This document shows, in pieces, positions 28,290 through 36,887 of a DNA stretch of 64,000 nucleotides. The notes beneath the pieces were generated by a model that saw only the letters and a list, made by a program, of their open reading frames with translations, searched no databases and was not told the origin of the DNA. Source of the DNA: Candidatus Omnitrophota bacterium (GTDB lineage: Bacteria > Omnitrophota > Gorgyraeia > JACQQV01). How positions within the stretch are numbered: position 1 is the first letter of the stretch; each line of letters begins with the position of its first letter. The stretch spans positions 9,176 through 73,175 of the forward strand of contig JACQQV010000012.1 in assembly GCA_016206785.1 (NCBI GenBank). The letters are read 5' to 3'. A program made the position numbers and the translations under genes.

Positions 28290-28741
28290 TAAATGTGAAA
28301 GGTGTAGCGATGTTCCATGAGTTCATCGAGGCCTAACCGCTTCACCTCTTCACACAGTTCCTTCAAGGAGGTTGCCTCTAAAACTTCCTTCATCCTTTGG
28401 GCAAGTTTCCCCCACACCAGATTCACGATCGGGTGAAGTCCATTTTTGCCATTCTGGATCTTCCCATCGTAAAGGGATTCAAGCCCATTTTCCAAGGTCC
28501 TCACAATCTCCCCGATCGTGATCGCCTCAGGCGGTTTCGCCAACCGGTATCCTCCCTTCGGCCCCCGCTCCGCCCCCACGAGTCCTTTTTTCTTAAGGCG
28601 ATTCAAGATCTGCTCAAGATAAGGAAGCGAGATCTTCTCTTTCTCAGCGATACTCGAGACAGAAATGGGGCCTTGCGGATACCGGAGGGCAAGCGCATAC
28701 ATCGCCAAAAGGCCGTAAGTCGATCGGGCTGAGAGTTTCAT
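28289..28741 (-). CDS. Rrf2-family transcriptional regulator (no Fe-S-ligand cysteine cluster)
   Basis: Rrf2 wHTH (ARSTYGLLAMYALAL...ISVSSIAEKEKISLPYLEQILNRLKKKGLVGAERGPKGGYRLAK). The cysteine cluster of IscR-type members is absent. Confidence 0.75.
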   Translation of the reverse strand: MKLSARSTYGLLAMYALALRYPQGPISVSSIAEKEKISLPYLEQILNRLKKKGLVGAERGPKGGYRLAKPPEAITIGEIVRTLENGLESLYDGKIQNGKNGLHPIVNLVWGKLAQRMKEVLEATSLKELCEEVKRLGLDELMEHRYTFHI

Positions 28742-28868
28742 CGCGAAAATGAGTGTAGCAAATTCCTACTATTTTTGTCAAGAATAAATTCCCTGCCTGC
28801 CGCCTGCCTGTCGGCAGACAGGGCAGGCAGGATACTTGTTAATCGACACAATATGTTGTTTTTGTCTC

Positions 28869-28897
28869 TTGTCTTAAGACCCCTTGTAAGGTATACT
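28869..28897 (+). promoter_or_regulatory. candidate sigma-70 promoter for the 1,598-aa ORF
   Basis: TTGTCT-N17-TATACT lies ~70 nt upstream of the ATG at 28968 in an AT-rich divergent region. Confidence 0.35.
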
Positions 28898-28967
28898 TTT
28901 ATGTTAAATTAGGTAAAAAGTAAGGACTATTTTTTATGCCCTGTAAGTTACATATTGGCAATAAGTT

Positions 28968-31900
28968 ATGAGAAGAGTCACTTCATTCCTCACCATTGAG
29001 TTCTTCCTTATATGTAGCCTCGGCGCTGATCCCGCTATAGCGCAATCTTCTTTCCCTCCCCAGGGCGGGCGAACCGGCCAACCCGTAAACAGGTTAACCC
29101 TTTCAGTCCAGACACACCTTCGACCCCCCTCCGGAATAGCCTCTTCCAAAGAAATTCAATCCGCTCTGGACGGGGGCGAAAAAAAGACCCCTCCCTCTTA
29201 CAGGCGAAGGACCGATGAGGAGGTAAAAATCGCGTATCTTTTTACACGCTTCGATACCCTGCATGGAGAAATCGACCGCGTCACCACACTCCTCACCCGT
29301 CTCAAAGGGAAAGTGACGGAGGAAGAAGAAGGAAGGATGCAACTTGAGTTTACCCGCCTCCTTGAAACGCTTAAAGCCCTTTCCAAGGAACTGCCCCCAA
29401 TGGATACTCTCCCAAAAGAGTTTACGGCCCTACAGGCAAAGAATAAGGAACTTGCAAAAGAAAGCCGGGCCCTCCGTCAAGAAATTTTGAAAGCGCATGA
29501 GAGAAAAGAGGACGATCGCCTCACGCAACTCAATACGGAGATCACGCAAAAACTGTGGCTTCGCTCCTGGATAGAACTGGAACTTGCTTATTCCTTCTTC
29601 ACCGATAAAAAGAACCCCACCGCTGCCCTCGCGCTTTTGATCGGCGTACGAAACAGAATGGCTGACCTCCAGACAGAATATTGGTGGCGCCGTGTCCGTA
29701 AGGTGATCGGCCAAAAGATTACCCACGAGATGCTAGAGGATTGGTTCAAAATCCCCGTAGAGGTCACTTATGTCGGTGATTACGACATCAAACTCTCAGA
29801 GAAGGGGGAGGTAACAATCTACAGAAGACATTGGAGAAAGCGAACTATCCCGACGGCCGGTGGGGAAATGGTTTCAGTGAATGAGCCTGAGGTTACCGCC
29901 TTCAAATTCCAAGATATGCCCACAGCGCTCCGGAGCGAAATTCATATTGTCATGAGTCAGGGAGAAGCCTATCGGGGGGTGTTACACGCCTTAAGTAATC
30001 TACAACATCTCCTTCTCCGGATGAAACAACAGAAGGAAAAAAGGGAGGCGATGCCTAAGAAGGAACTCCAGGCGGCCTTAGAGATCACCTACACGTGGGC
30101 CCATCGAGGGATTGCAAGTGATTTAAGAAGACGGGCCCTCCCGGACCTGGAAAACGGAGCGGCATATCTTGAGAAAGAATTGTACGAGGATGCGATGGCG
30201 GCGCTCGAGAGGGCAAAACAGAAGTTGCGTCACGCTCTCAAACGACAGGAAACAACGGGTGAGAGAACACGCGCCAGGGCTCTTGTCTTCCTCAATGAAT
30301 GGCGTTTTCTCCTTGAAAACCGGGAAAGACTCGTCGCCGGAGTCAAGGAGGCACTAGAACACGCTCATCCAAAAAATCCACTCGAATTCATACGTCGACT
30401 TGAAACCCTCAGGCAAGGGGTCTTCCGCACAAAACCGAGACTTTTAGCGCTTCAAGAGGTCTACAACCGTTTCAACCAGACGTTTGTCCTCCTTAGAAGA
30501 GCCTCGGAACTCTTAGCAAAAAAGGAAAGGGCGCCGAAAGAAGAAAGGCAGATCTATTCGCTCTCCAATGCTGCGAAAAAGAACCTAAGACTCATGCTAG
30601 GGGATCTTGAAAGGGATCAGAATAGAAAAACAGCCCGTGACGGGGCGGAGCAGAAGGAGGTATCCCCAGAAGTCCTTGCGTTCCAGGAGACCCTTGAAAT
30701 AGAATTCGCAGCACTTCTTGAAAAATGGGAGAAGGATGATGTGGAAAATCTTCCGGAGCATCTTGAAGAATGGGAGGCCTGGCTGGGCATCCAGAAGGAA
30801 AGATTCATCCGTTGGGGAAGGGGAAAGGTCATACCCCACTCCCCGCAGGCAGTGGCACTCCAACCACTCGTGGAGAAGTTCCTGGAACTGACCGATCGAG
30901 CCAAAACTCTTTTTGAAGCCCATCTTCTGGATGTGAAGGATATTGTTGGCCTTTCCTACATTCAGGCCGGAAATTTCTACCACTTCCTCCTGGAAGAGAC
31001 CGACCGCGCGGTCGAACTCTACGCCAAGGCCCCGGAAGAGCTCCGTCAGGACTATTTCGCAAGAGATGTCTTTTACGGGATCCGCCGCGCCTATGAAGCG
31101 CAGAAGGCCCGCGATGGCGGAAGGCGCGTTCCTCTTCCGGAATTCATGGCCGCTTATGAACGACTTTCACAAAGTGGAAAACCGCCCGATACCAAAATGC
31201 TTTCTGAAGCTCTGGGGATGTCGGCAAGCGCGGTAAGGCAACGGACAAACCGCCTCGGATTGAAACGATCCGGCGTACCGGTAAGCAACAAGGAATTCCA
31301 AAAAGCGTACCGCCTTTTGACAAAAGAGCTGAAACGGCCGCCTACCAAAGAAGAAATCGCTTCACATCTTGTCGACATTACTCCGGATGCAGCGAGAGAC
31401 CGGGCGCGGCATCGGGGTCTCAGACTTTCCAACCATAAAACAACGGAGATCGAATTCCGGAGTGCCTACCGACGCCTTCAACGCCGGCTCAAGAGAGCCC
31501 CGAACGCAGAGGAGATTGCCAAATTTCTTGTTCGGGGATCTGAAAAGCATATCCGGCACCGCAGTCATGTACTTGGCCTTGAATTGACTTCCATGCCCCT
31601 CGCCAGCCCTCTTTCGCGCTACCGAGATGGCCTCACCGACGAAGTTCCTCCGGACCACATTGCGCAACTGCGGCGAGCTTCGCGCGGCGCTCTTGCTCTT
31701 TCCCTTGCTGACGCCGAACTCGAAGGCTTCCCAGCATCCCTCGGAGAAGTGGGAAGTAAGGTCGTTGTTCATTTTGAACGGGTCAGAGGGAAGACGCGGG
31801 ATCTCATCGTCACTTTTAGACCGGTCCTCTCAGACGAAACGACAGAACCGCCGCATGCGATGCGTCGCCTTATCATCCGCGACGGAAGGATAAGGGTGGA

Positions 31901-33764
31901 GAAAAATCTCAACGGTCCGAATGCACTCCATGACCTCCGGCGGCTTCGGGCAAGGGGGATCAACTTTGATGCTCTTCCCCAATATGTCCGGAGAAACAGC
32001 CCTTCGGATGCCCTTTTAAAAGTGATGCTTTTTGAACAAAGGGGGTTTCTTCCGCTTTGGAGCTGGTTCCAATATTCGCCTACAACGATTCAAAAGCGCC
32101 TGAATGCCATCAGGCCGAACACATTACAGCGACTGTTGAATGCTGCAGAAAGAAAAGAAGAAGAACTCTCACAAAGAAGTACCGCGTTCAATGACAACAT
32201 TCCTTCTCTCTTTAAAGAGGGGGAGACCCCAGCCCAACTTGAGAAGATCGCCCTGCACGTTCCCTCCAAGAAGGATCCAAGACGGATCCTCAGGGAGTTC
32301 GAGCGCTTAGAAACCGCCTCCCTCGGAACGCACCTGATGCACCAAAGAAGAGGAATGCTCATTCCTTATAAGCAGATTCTCCGGGAACTGCCGGGGTTAT
32401 ATCTTATCGATTCTGAGCCCCTGCTCAAACGGGCCCTGGGAATTCTAGGGCACTATGGTTTTATTCTTTTGTATCAGAATGGCGGTGTGATGGTCCTTGA
32501 CACCCCTTTCCCAGCGAATACAGGGAATTATCCCTCTGCTTCCGCCCGCGACGGGGCCGATCGGCAAGCGGATGTACTCACCCGCCAACTCGAAGAAAAA
32601 TTTGGCCAGGGTCTTGAGAGAGGGGATGAAACAGTTATTCAAGATATCGTTACCTATCGCGACTCACTTCCACCAAGCACACCCACACGACAACTCCTTT
32701 ACGAGTGGCTACAACATCATGAATCGGCACTCGCTGCAAAGGCGATCGCAGCCATGGGACTCAATTGGCCAGGGGTTGTGTCGAAACTCCTTGATGTCAT
32801 CGAAGGAAAACGGGATGGAAACCCCCACGCAGCAGCACGACAACTTGATGAACTCGTAAGTGAAGGAAGGTATGGGGGACTCGTGGCACCCTTAGAAGTG
32901 ATTGAAGAAGCGAAAGATGTGTGGCACCGCCATTCAGGATTCTCAAAGCTTCTTGCACCTATCAAATTTCCCTCCTTTCCAACTCCTCTTTCTGAAAAAC
33001 CGGGTGTCCTTGTCCTTGTGCGTCACGGCGAAACCACCTGGAGTGAAGCGGTCCTCAATAAATGGGCTGGATGGCACGACGCGAAGGTGACTGAGAAAGG
33101 GCGAAAAGAGGCTTATGAAGCGGGAGAAAGAATCAAGGTAGAAGGCCTTCATTTCGATCAAGCCTACTCTTCAGACTTGTCGCGTGCGGAACAAACTCTC
33201 CTCCAAGCCCTTGCGGCGGTCGGACAAACCGACATACCGATTGTCCACGATAAGACCCTCCGTGAACGGAATTATGGAGATATGATCGGTTGGAACCGGA
33301 AGGATGTAGAAAGGATATTCGGACAAGATGTGTTAAAACGATGGCGACGCGGCTATTCTGGAAATGCCATCCGTCCGCCGGGCGGCGAAAATCTCGCGGA
33401 TGTGCAAGAGCGAACAGTCCCTTTCTTAGTTGAGCACATCCTTCGTGATGTGGCTGAAGGGAAAAATGTCATTGTCTCCGCACATGGAAACAGTCTCCGC
33501 TCTATCCTTGTGTCTCTTCGAGAACAAACAGAAGGTCGCAAGCTCAGTGAAGAGGAAATTCTGTCCCTCGAGGTTCCTCTCTCAACACCAATTGTCATCA
33601 CGTTCGCCGCGGAGTGGTACCATCAAGAACTTTGGGTTGATCAAGAGAAAAGAGCTGAGGACGTTTTGGGCTTCTTAACCTCCACCCGCGACGGGGCCGA
33701 GCGGCAGGTGCGTCCCCTCCTCCGAGAAATTCCTCGTTTGGAACCAGCCCTCCTCAGCCCCTAA
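28968..33764 (+). CDS. large orphan multidomain protein: signal-peptide-like N-terminus, ~700-aa region of unknown fold with coiled-coil-like stretches, three tandem sigma-70-region-3-like HTH repeats, C-terminal GpmA-like histidine phosphatase (dPGM-type) domain
   Basis: An uninterrupted 1,598-codon ORF. The N-terminus is MRRVTSFLTIEFFLICSLGADPAIA-QSS. Most of the protein has no match to any family I can name, with K/E/R-rich coiled-coil-like stretches in places. Three ~48-aa repeats (AYrrLxxxLkRpPtxEEIAxxL...LGL) resemble RpoD region 3. The C-terminal ~210 aa align with GpmA (LVRHGETTWSE...GWHD, ERNYGDMIGWN, WRRGY, SAHGNSLRSIL...EEEILSLEVPLSTPIV). Confidence 0.6.
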   Translation: MRRVTSFLTIEFFLICSLGADPAIAQSSFPPQGGRTGQPVNRLTLSVQTHLRPPSGIASSKEIQSALDGGEKKTPPSYRRRTDEEVKIAYLFTRFDTLHGEIDRVTTLLTRLKGKVTEEEEGRMQLEFTRLLETLKALSKELPPMDTLPKEFTALQAKNKELAKESRALRQEILKAHERKEDDRLTQLNTEITQKLWLRSWIELELAYSFFTDKKNPTAALALLIGVRNRMADLQTEYWWRRVRKVIGQKITHEMLEDWFKIPVEVTYVGDYDIKLSEKGEVTIYRRHWRKRTIPTAGGEMVSVNEPEVTAFKFQDMPTALRSEIHIVMSQGEAYRGVLHALSNLQHLLLRMKQQKEKREAMPKKELQAALEITYTWAHRGIASDLRRRALPDLENGAAYLEKELYEDAMAALERAKQKLRHALKRQETTGERTRARALVFLNEWRFLLENRERLVAGVKEALEHAHPKNPLEFIRRLETLRQGVFRTKPRLLALQEVYNRFNQTFVLLRRASELLAKKERAPKEERQIYSLSNAAKKNLRLMLGDLERDQNRKTARDGAEQKEVSPEVLAFQETLEIEFAALLEKWEKDDVENLPEHLEEWEAWLGIQKERFIRWGRGKVIPHSPQAVALQPLVEKFLELTDRAKTLFEAHLLDVKDIVGLSYIQAGNFYHFLLEETDRAVELYAKAPEELRQDYFARDVFYGIRRAYEAQKARDGGRRVPLPEFMAAYERLSQSGKPPDTKMLSEALGMSASAVRQRTNRLGLKRSGVPVSNKEFQKAYRLLTKELKRPPTKEEIASHLVDITPDAARDRARHRGLRLSNHKTTEIEFRSAYRRLQRRLKRAPNAEEIAKFLVRGSEKHIRHRSHVLGLELTSMPLASPLSRYRDGLTDEVPPDHIAQLRRASRGALALSLADAELEGFPASLGEVGSKVVVHFERVRGKTRDLIVTFRPVLSDETTEPPHAMRRLIIRDGRIRVEKNLNGPNALHDLRRLRARGINFDALPQYVRRNSPSDALLKVMLFEQRGFLPLWSWFQYSPTTIQKRLNAIRPNTLQRLLNAAERKEEELSQRSTAFNDNIPSLFKEGETPAQLEKIALHVPSKKDPRRILREFERLETASLGTHLMHQRRGMLIPYKQILRELPGLYLIDSEPLLKRALGILGHYGFILLYQNGGVMVLDTPFPANTGNYPSASARDGADRQADVLTRQLEEKFGQGLERGDETVIQDIVTYRDSLPPSTPTRQLLYEWLQHHESALAAKAIAAMGLNWPGVVSKLLDVIEGKRDGNPHAAARQLDELVSEGRYGGLVAPLEVIEEAKDVWHRHSGFSKLLAPIKFPSFPTPLSEKPGVLVLVRHGETTWSEAVLNKWAGWHDAKVTEKGRKEAYEAGERIKVEGLHFDQAYSSDLSRAEQTLLQALAAVGQTDIPIVHDKTLRERNYGDMIGWNRKDVERIFGQDVLKRWRRGYSGNAIRPPGGENLADVQERTVPFLVEHILRDVAEGKNVIVSAHGNSLRSILVSLREQTEGRKLSEEEILSLEVPLSTPIVITFAAEWYHQELWVDQEKRAEDVLGFLTSTRDGAERQVRPLLREIPRLEPALLSP

Positions 33765-33842
33765 TTTCTGGGTGACTTGCTTCCCCGTTTCCGTTTTGCT
33801 ATAGTAGGGTTACAGAACCCCACGAAAGGAGGGTAACTTATT

Positions 33843-34469
33843 ATGCCTGACCTCTATAGTAACGTACATCTTATCATCCGGTGGTTGCATGTCCTGGCGG
33901 GGATTGTCTGGATCGGGCACCTCTACTTTTTTAATTTCGTGAATGTACCCCTTCAGGGCACCTTGGATGATGCCACCAAGAAGTCGGTCAATCCGCAGTT
34001 ACTCCCGAGGGCCCTTTGGTGGTTTCGGTGGGGGGCTATGGTGACACTTTTGGCGGGGTTGATCCTCTTTGTGATGAATTACTTCTATGTAGGAGACGGC
34101 CGTTTCGGACCGACAAGCCTCCTTATCGACCCCTTGCTCGGACGGATCACGCACCGCGCGATGTGGATCTTCTTTGGGATGATCTTGGGGATTATTATGT
34201 GGTTTAATGTCTGGTTCGTCATCTGGCCGGCACAGAAAGCACTTCTTACAGGGAAGGTTCCCGCGGACAAGGCACCGGCTGTCCGCAAGCGGGCACTCCT
34301 TTTTTCAAGAACCAATACCTATCTCTCAGGACCGATGCTCTTCGGAATGCTCGCTCCGGCCCACTACGGGGCCATGAGTTTCCCTTCTTTGCTTTTAGCA
34401 ATTCTACTCGGGGTGATCGCTATCTGGGCGAGTATTCGATCTTCCGGTAAGGTGGGTAAACTAAAATAA
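33843..34469 (+). CDS. polytopic membrane protein, PuuD N-terminal (PF06181)-like / HemJ-CopD-like
   Basis: Motif VHLIIRWLHVLAGIVWIGHLYFFNFVNVP at the N-terminus with 4-5 predicted TM helices, and an AAGGAGG Shine-Dalgarno. The family assignment is tentative. Confidence 0.45.
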   Translation: MPDLYSNVHLIIRWLHVLAGIVWIGHLYFFNFVNVPLQGTLDDATKKSVNPQLLPRALWWFRWGAMVTLLAGLILFVMNYFYVGDGRFGPTSLLIDPLLGRITHRAMWIFFGMILGIIMWFNVWFVIWPAQKALLTGKVPADKAPAVRKRALLFSRTNTYLSGPMLFGMLAPAHYGAMSFPSLLLAILLGVIAIWASIRSSGKVGKLK

Positions 34470-34510
34470 GACCTAAGACTAAAGACACAAGACTCAGAGT
34501 CTTAGGTCTT
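34468..34510. terminator. nested palindromic hairpins between convergent genes (possible bidirectional terminator)
   Basis: aagacctaagact (34468-34480) pairs with agtcttaggtctt (34498-34510), with an inner aagactc/gagtctt hairpin. The structure overlaps both stop codons. Flanking T-tracts are weak. Confidence 0.4.
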
Positions 34511-35029
34511 GAGTCTTGAGCCTCTCAATGCGTTCACAATTGTCTCGCCGAAGGCCTTTGCCGACTGGGGTCCGTCTCCGGTAATAATCCGGCCGTCGAC
34601 CTCTACCGGCTTTCCTGTGAAAATCGCTCCTCCCTGTTTTAAGAGTTCGCTCTCCTCTGAGAAACTGGTCGCCCGTTTCCCTTTAAGAAGCCCGGTTTTG
34701 GCAAGCGTCCCGGGCGCTGCGCAGATCGCTCCGATAATCCGCTCGCCGGTTTCCGCCTCGCGCACGAGCCTGTGTGCCTCAGGGTCGTTGAAATAGGCCC
34801 TTGAACCTTGCCCGCCGATAAAAACAATGGCATCAAAATCTGTGGCATGCACTTCTTTGAGAAGTGAGTCCACCTCTACCTCAAGGCCGAATTTCCCGAC
34901 CGCCTTTCCAGAGCGTGAAGAGACCACCGTTACCACAATTCCGGCCTGTTCAAAAATTTTCCGCGGTTCCGTATATTCCTCGTCCCGGAACTGCTCTGGG
35001 GCAATCACCATCAGAATCCGTTTACTCAT
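34502..35029 (-). CDS. DJ-1/PfpI family protein
   Basis: Nucleophile-elbow motif (IGAICAAPGTLA) on a DJ-1/PfpI scaffold (ILMVIAPEQFRDEEY...AIVFIGGQG). Confidence 0.85.
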   Translation of the reverse strand: MSKRILMVIAPEQFRDEEYTEPRKIFEQAGIVVTVVSSRSGKAVGKFGLEVEVDSLLKEVHATDFDAIVFIGGQGSRAYFNDPEAHRLVREAETGERIIGAICAAPGTLAKTGLLKGKRATSFSEESELLKQGGAIFTGKPVEVDGRIITGDGPQSAKAFGETIVNALRGSRLKT

Positions 35030-35147
35030 TGAGAACCTCTGGAAAGTAAAAATTTAAAACGCAAAAGTCAAAACCACAATTCAAAACTTAAAACTTCTGA
35101 ATTTTGAATTTCAATTTTGCCTTTTTCGTTTTACCTTTTGACTTTAC

Positions 35148-35546
35148 TTAGATTGGTTTCCTCCCCTGGAATCCTCCATCCAGGGTATGCCAGTATTGGA
35201 CCACGTCTTCCCCCTCTTTCCAACAAAGATAGATGAGCTGCCCTTCCCTCACGGAGAAAAAATCGACGAGGCCCTGATCCAAATCCTTCACCTGACATCC
35301 CATATCTTCCAATTCCTCGAGACACTTATTGAATTCTCCCGCCATGTCATTGAGAGAAGACATCTCCTTGGTCATGCCGGTATCGACCACGATCCCCTGA
35401 CGTGGCACACCGACAATTTCGAGAAGATCCATCTCCAGTTTCTGGGCCTCAATTTTCTCTCGCAACATTCGGAGCTTTTGAAGCAGTTCTCGGATGCGGG
35501 GGATGAGATGATTCGCTTCTGCTAAAGAAAAGATTTTCGGCTCCAT
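35148..35546 (-). CDS. hypothetical protein (possibly DUF2203-like)
   Basis: A 132-aa ORF with no motif I can assign confidently. The family recollection is weak. Confidence 0.4.
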   Translation of the reverse strand: MEPKIFSLAEANHLIPRIRELLQKLRMLREKIEAQKLEMDLLEIVGVPRQGIVVDTGMTKEMSSLNDMAGEFNKCLEELEDMGCQVKDLDQGLVDFFSVREGQLIYLCWKEGEDVVQYWHTLDGGFQGRKPI

Positions 35547-35806
35547 TAAAACCGGATCCCCACCTGCCTCAAGAATTTTCTGTCCTGTTCCGTCAGTTCA
35601 AAGCGGAGGGAGGGTTTGCGCTTTCCCTTGGGTGGGCCCTTTTTTCCGGTGCGGAAAAGAACCGGAACAAGAAAGAGCCTCATCTCAAACTCCCCCTTTT
35701 CAAGAAGGGCACGGAGCTCTTCAGACTCCTTGGAGTGCGTGATAATTTTTCGTAAGATGCTGCTGAGCCGCCGGATATAACGCTCGAATTCGCGATCAAA
35801 GTCCAT
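35546..35806 (-). CDS. hypothetical small basic protein
   Basis: Internal start MDFDREFERYIRRL. The longer ORF would overlap the upstream gene, so the short form is given; no recognisable domain. Confidence 0.3.
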   Translation of the reverse strand: MDFDREFERYIRRLSSILRKIITHSKESEELRALLEKGEFEMRLFLVPVLFRTGKKGPPKGKRKPSLRFELTEQDRKFLRQVGIRF

Positions 35807-35840
35807 AGGATTTCCTCCTTCACCTACCTTATCAAAAATC

Positions 35841-36887
35841 TTATAAACGGGCAACTGTTTGTCTGGCCCGTTCGAGGACTCGAAGCGCATCCCCCTTTTT
35901 GAGCGACTCTTCCGCGATGGACAAGGCCTCCTGCATCGAACTTCGCTTTCCACTTGCAACAATAAGAAATGCGGCGTTCAAAATAAACAGCTCTTCCCAA
36001 GAGGAGACCTTCCCTTCAAGGGTCTTCAGTGTTTCTCCCGTATTTTCCTCGAGGGAACGCTGGGCGAATGCTTCATCCTGAACTTCCGGAAGCCCATAGG
36101 CCCTCGGGTCTATGACGGATGTTTCGCATTGACCTTCCTTCACTTCGACAACCGTCGTCGGATGAGAAAGTGAAAGCTCCATGGTTCCCTCAATCCCTTT
36201 GACGACCCAACCCTTCGCATGAAGGAGTGCCAATGCACCACTCATGGAGGCAAGATACGGCGGATGCGTAATGCCGAGAACGGTCACAGGGGCATGCGTA
36301 GGATTCATCAGTTTATGTACAGCGCTTAAAGGGGATCGTACGCCCACCTCCGCTGGAAATTCAAGAAGGTTTGCTACCGCCGGGCTAAATTTTCGGCAAG
36401 AAAGATAACCGATTCCGGTCTTTTGAATAAAGGCTTCGACCTCCCCCGGTTCTAGATCAACCGGAATGCCCATCGCCTCCAAAACTTCTTCGGGAGAGCG
36501 TCCCCGCTTGGGTGGAACGTGGCGAGCCCCATGCAGCATGACGGATACACCGGCTCCTGCCGCAACAAACGCTGCACCCACGATCAGGATATTAGTCCGC
36601 ACCTTTCCGTCGTAGGGATAGCCAAGATCGACGAGATAAGGAACCTTTGAAGAAACCAGGTGGCTATGCTCCCGGACCGCCTGCGTAAAGCCGGCCAGCT
36701 CCTCCGGGCTTTCTCCTTTCATCCGCATGGCAGCAAAAAAGGCGCCTGTTTGCATCGGCGTCGTCTTTCCTTCGAGAATCCTTCCGAGCATGTCGTAGGC
36801 CTCTTGTTCCTCGAGATGCTTGGAAAGTTTCTGCCCGGTCGCAACCTTTTTAATCAGGTACTGAAGAGAGCCCTTTGGCCATGCCAT
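35841..36887 (-). CDS. glycosyl transferase family 3 (TrpD-like) protein lacking the canonical GTGGD PRPP-binding motif
   Basis: TrpD-like N-terminal helices (LSKHLEEQEAYDMLGRILEGKTTPMQTGAFFAAMRMKGESPEELAGF). At the expected GTGGD position the sequence reads VDLGYPYDGKVRTNIL. Start set at MAWPKGS. Confidence 0.6.
   Translation of the reverse strand: MAWPKGSLQYLIKKVATGQKLSKHLEEQEAYDMLGRILEGKTTPMQTGAFFAAMRMKGESPEELAGFTQAVREHSHLVSSKVPYLVDLGYPYDGKVRTNILIVGAAFVAAGAGVSVMLHGARHVPPKRGRSPEEVLEAMGIPVDLEPGEVEAFIQKTGIGYLSCRKFSPAVANLLEFPAEVGVRSPLSAVHKLMNPTHAPVTVLGITHPPYLASMSGALALLHAKGWVVKGIEGTMELSLSHPTTVVEVKEGQCETSVIDPRAYGLPEVQDEAFAQRSLEENTGETLKTLEGKVSSWEELFILNAAFLIVASGKRSSMQEALSIAEESLKKGDALRVLERARQTVARL

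Noticed and set aside
35076-35094. Sigma-54-like motif TGGttttgacTTTTGC upstream of the DJ-1 gene
   Set aside because: The GG to GC spacing is 12 nt instead of the invariant 11, and the C/A/C of the -24 element are missing.
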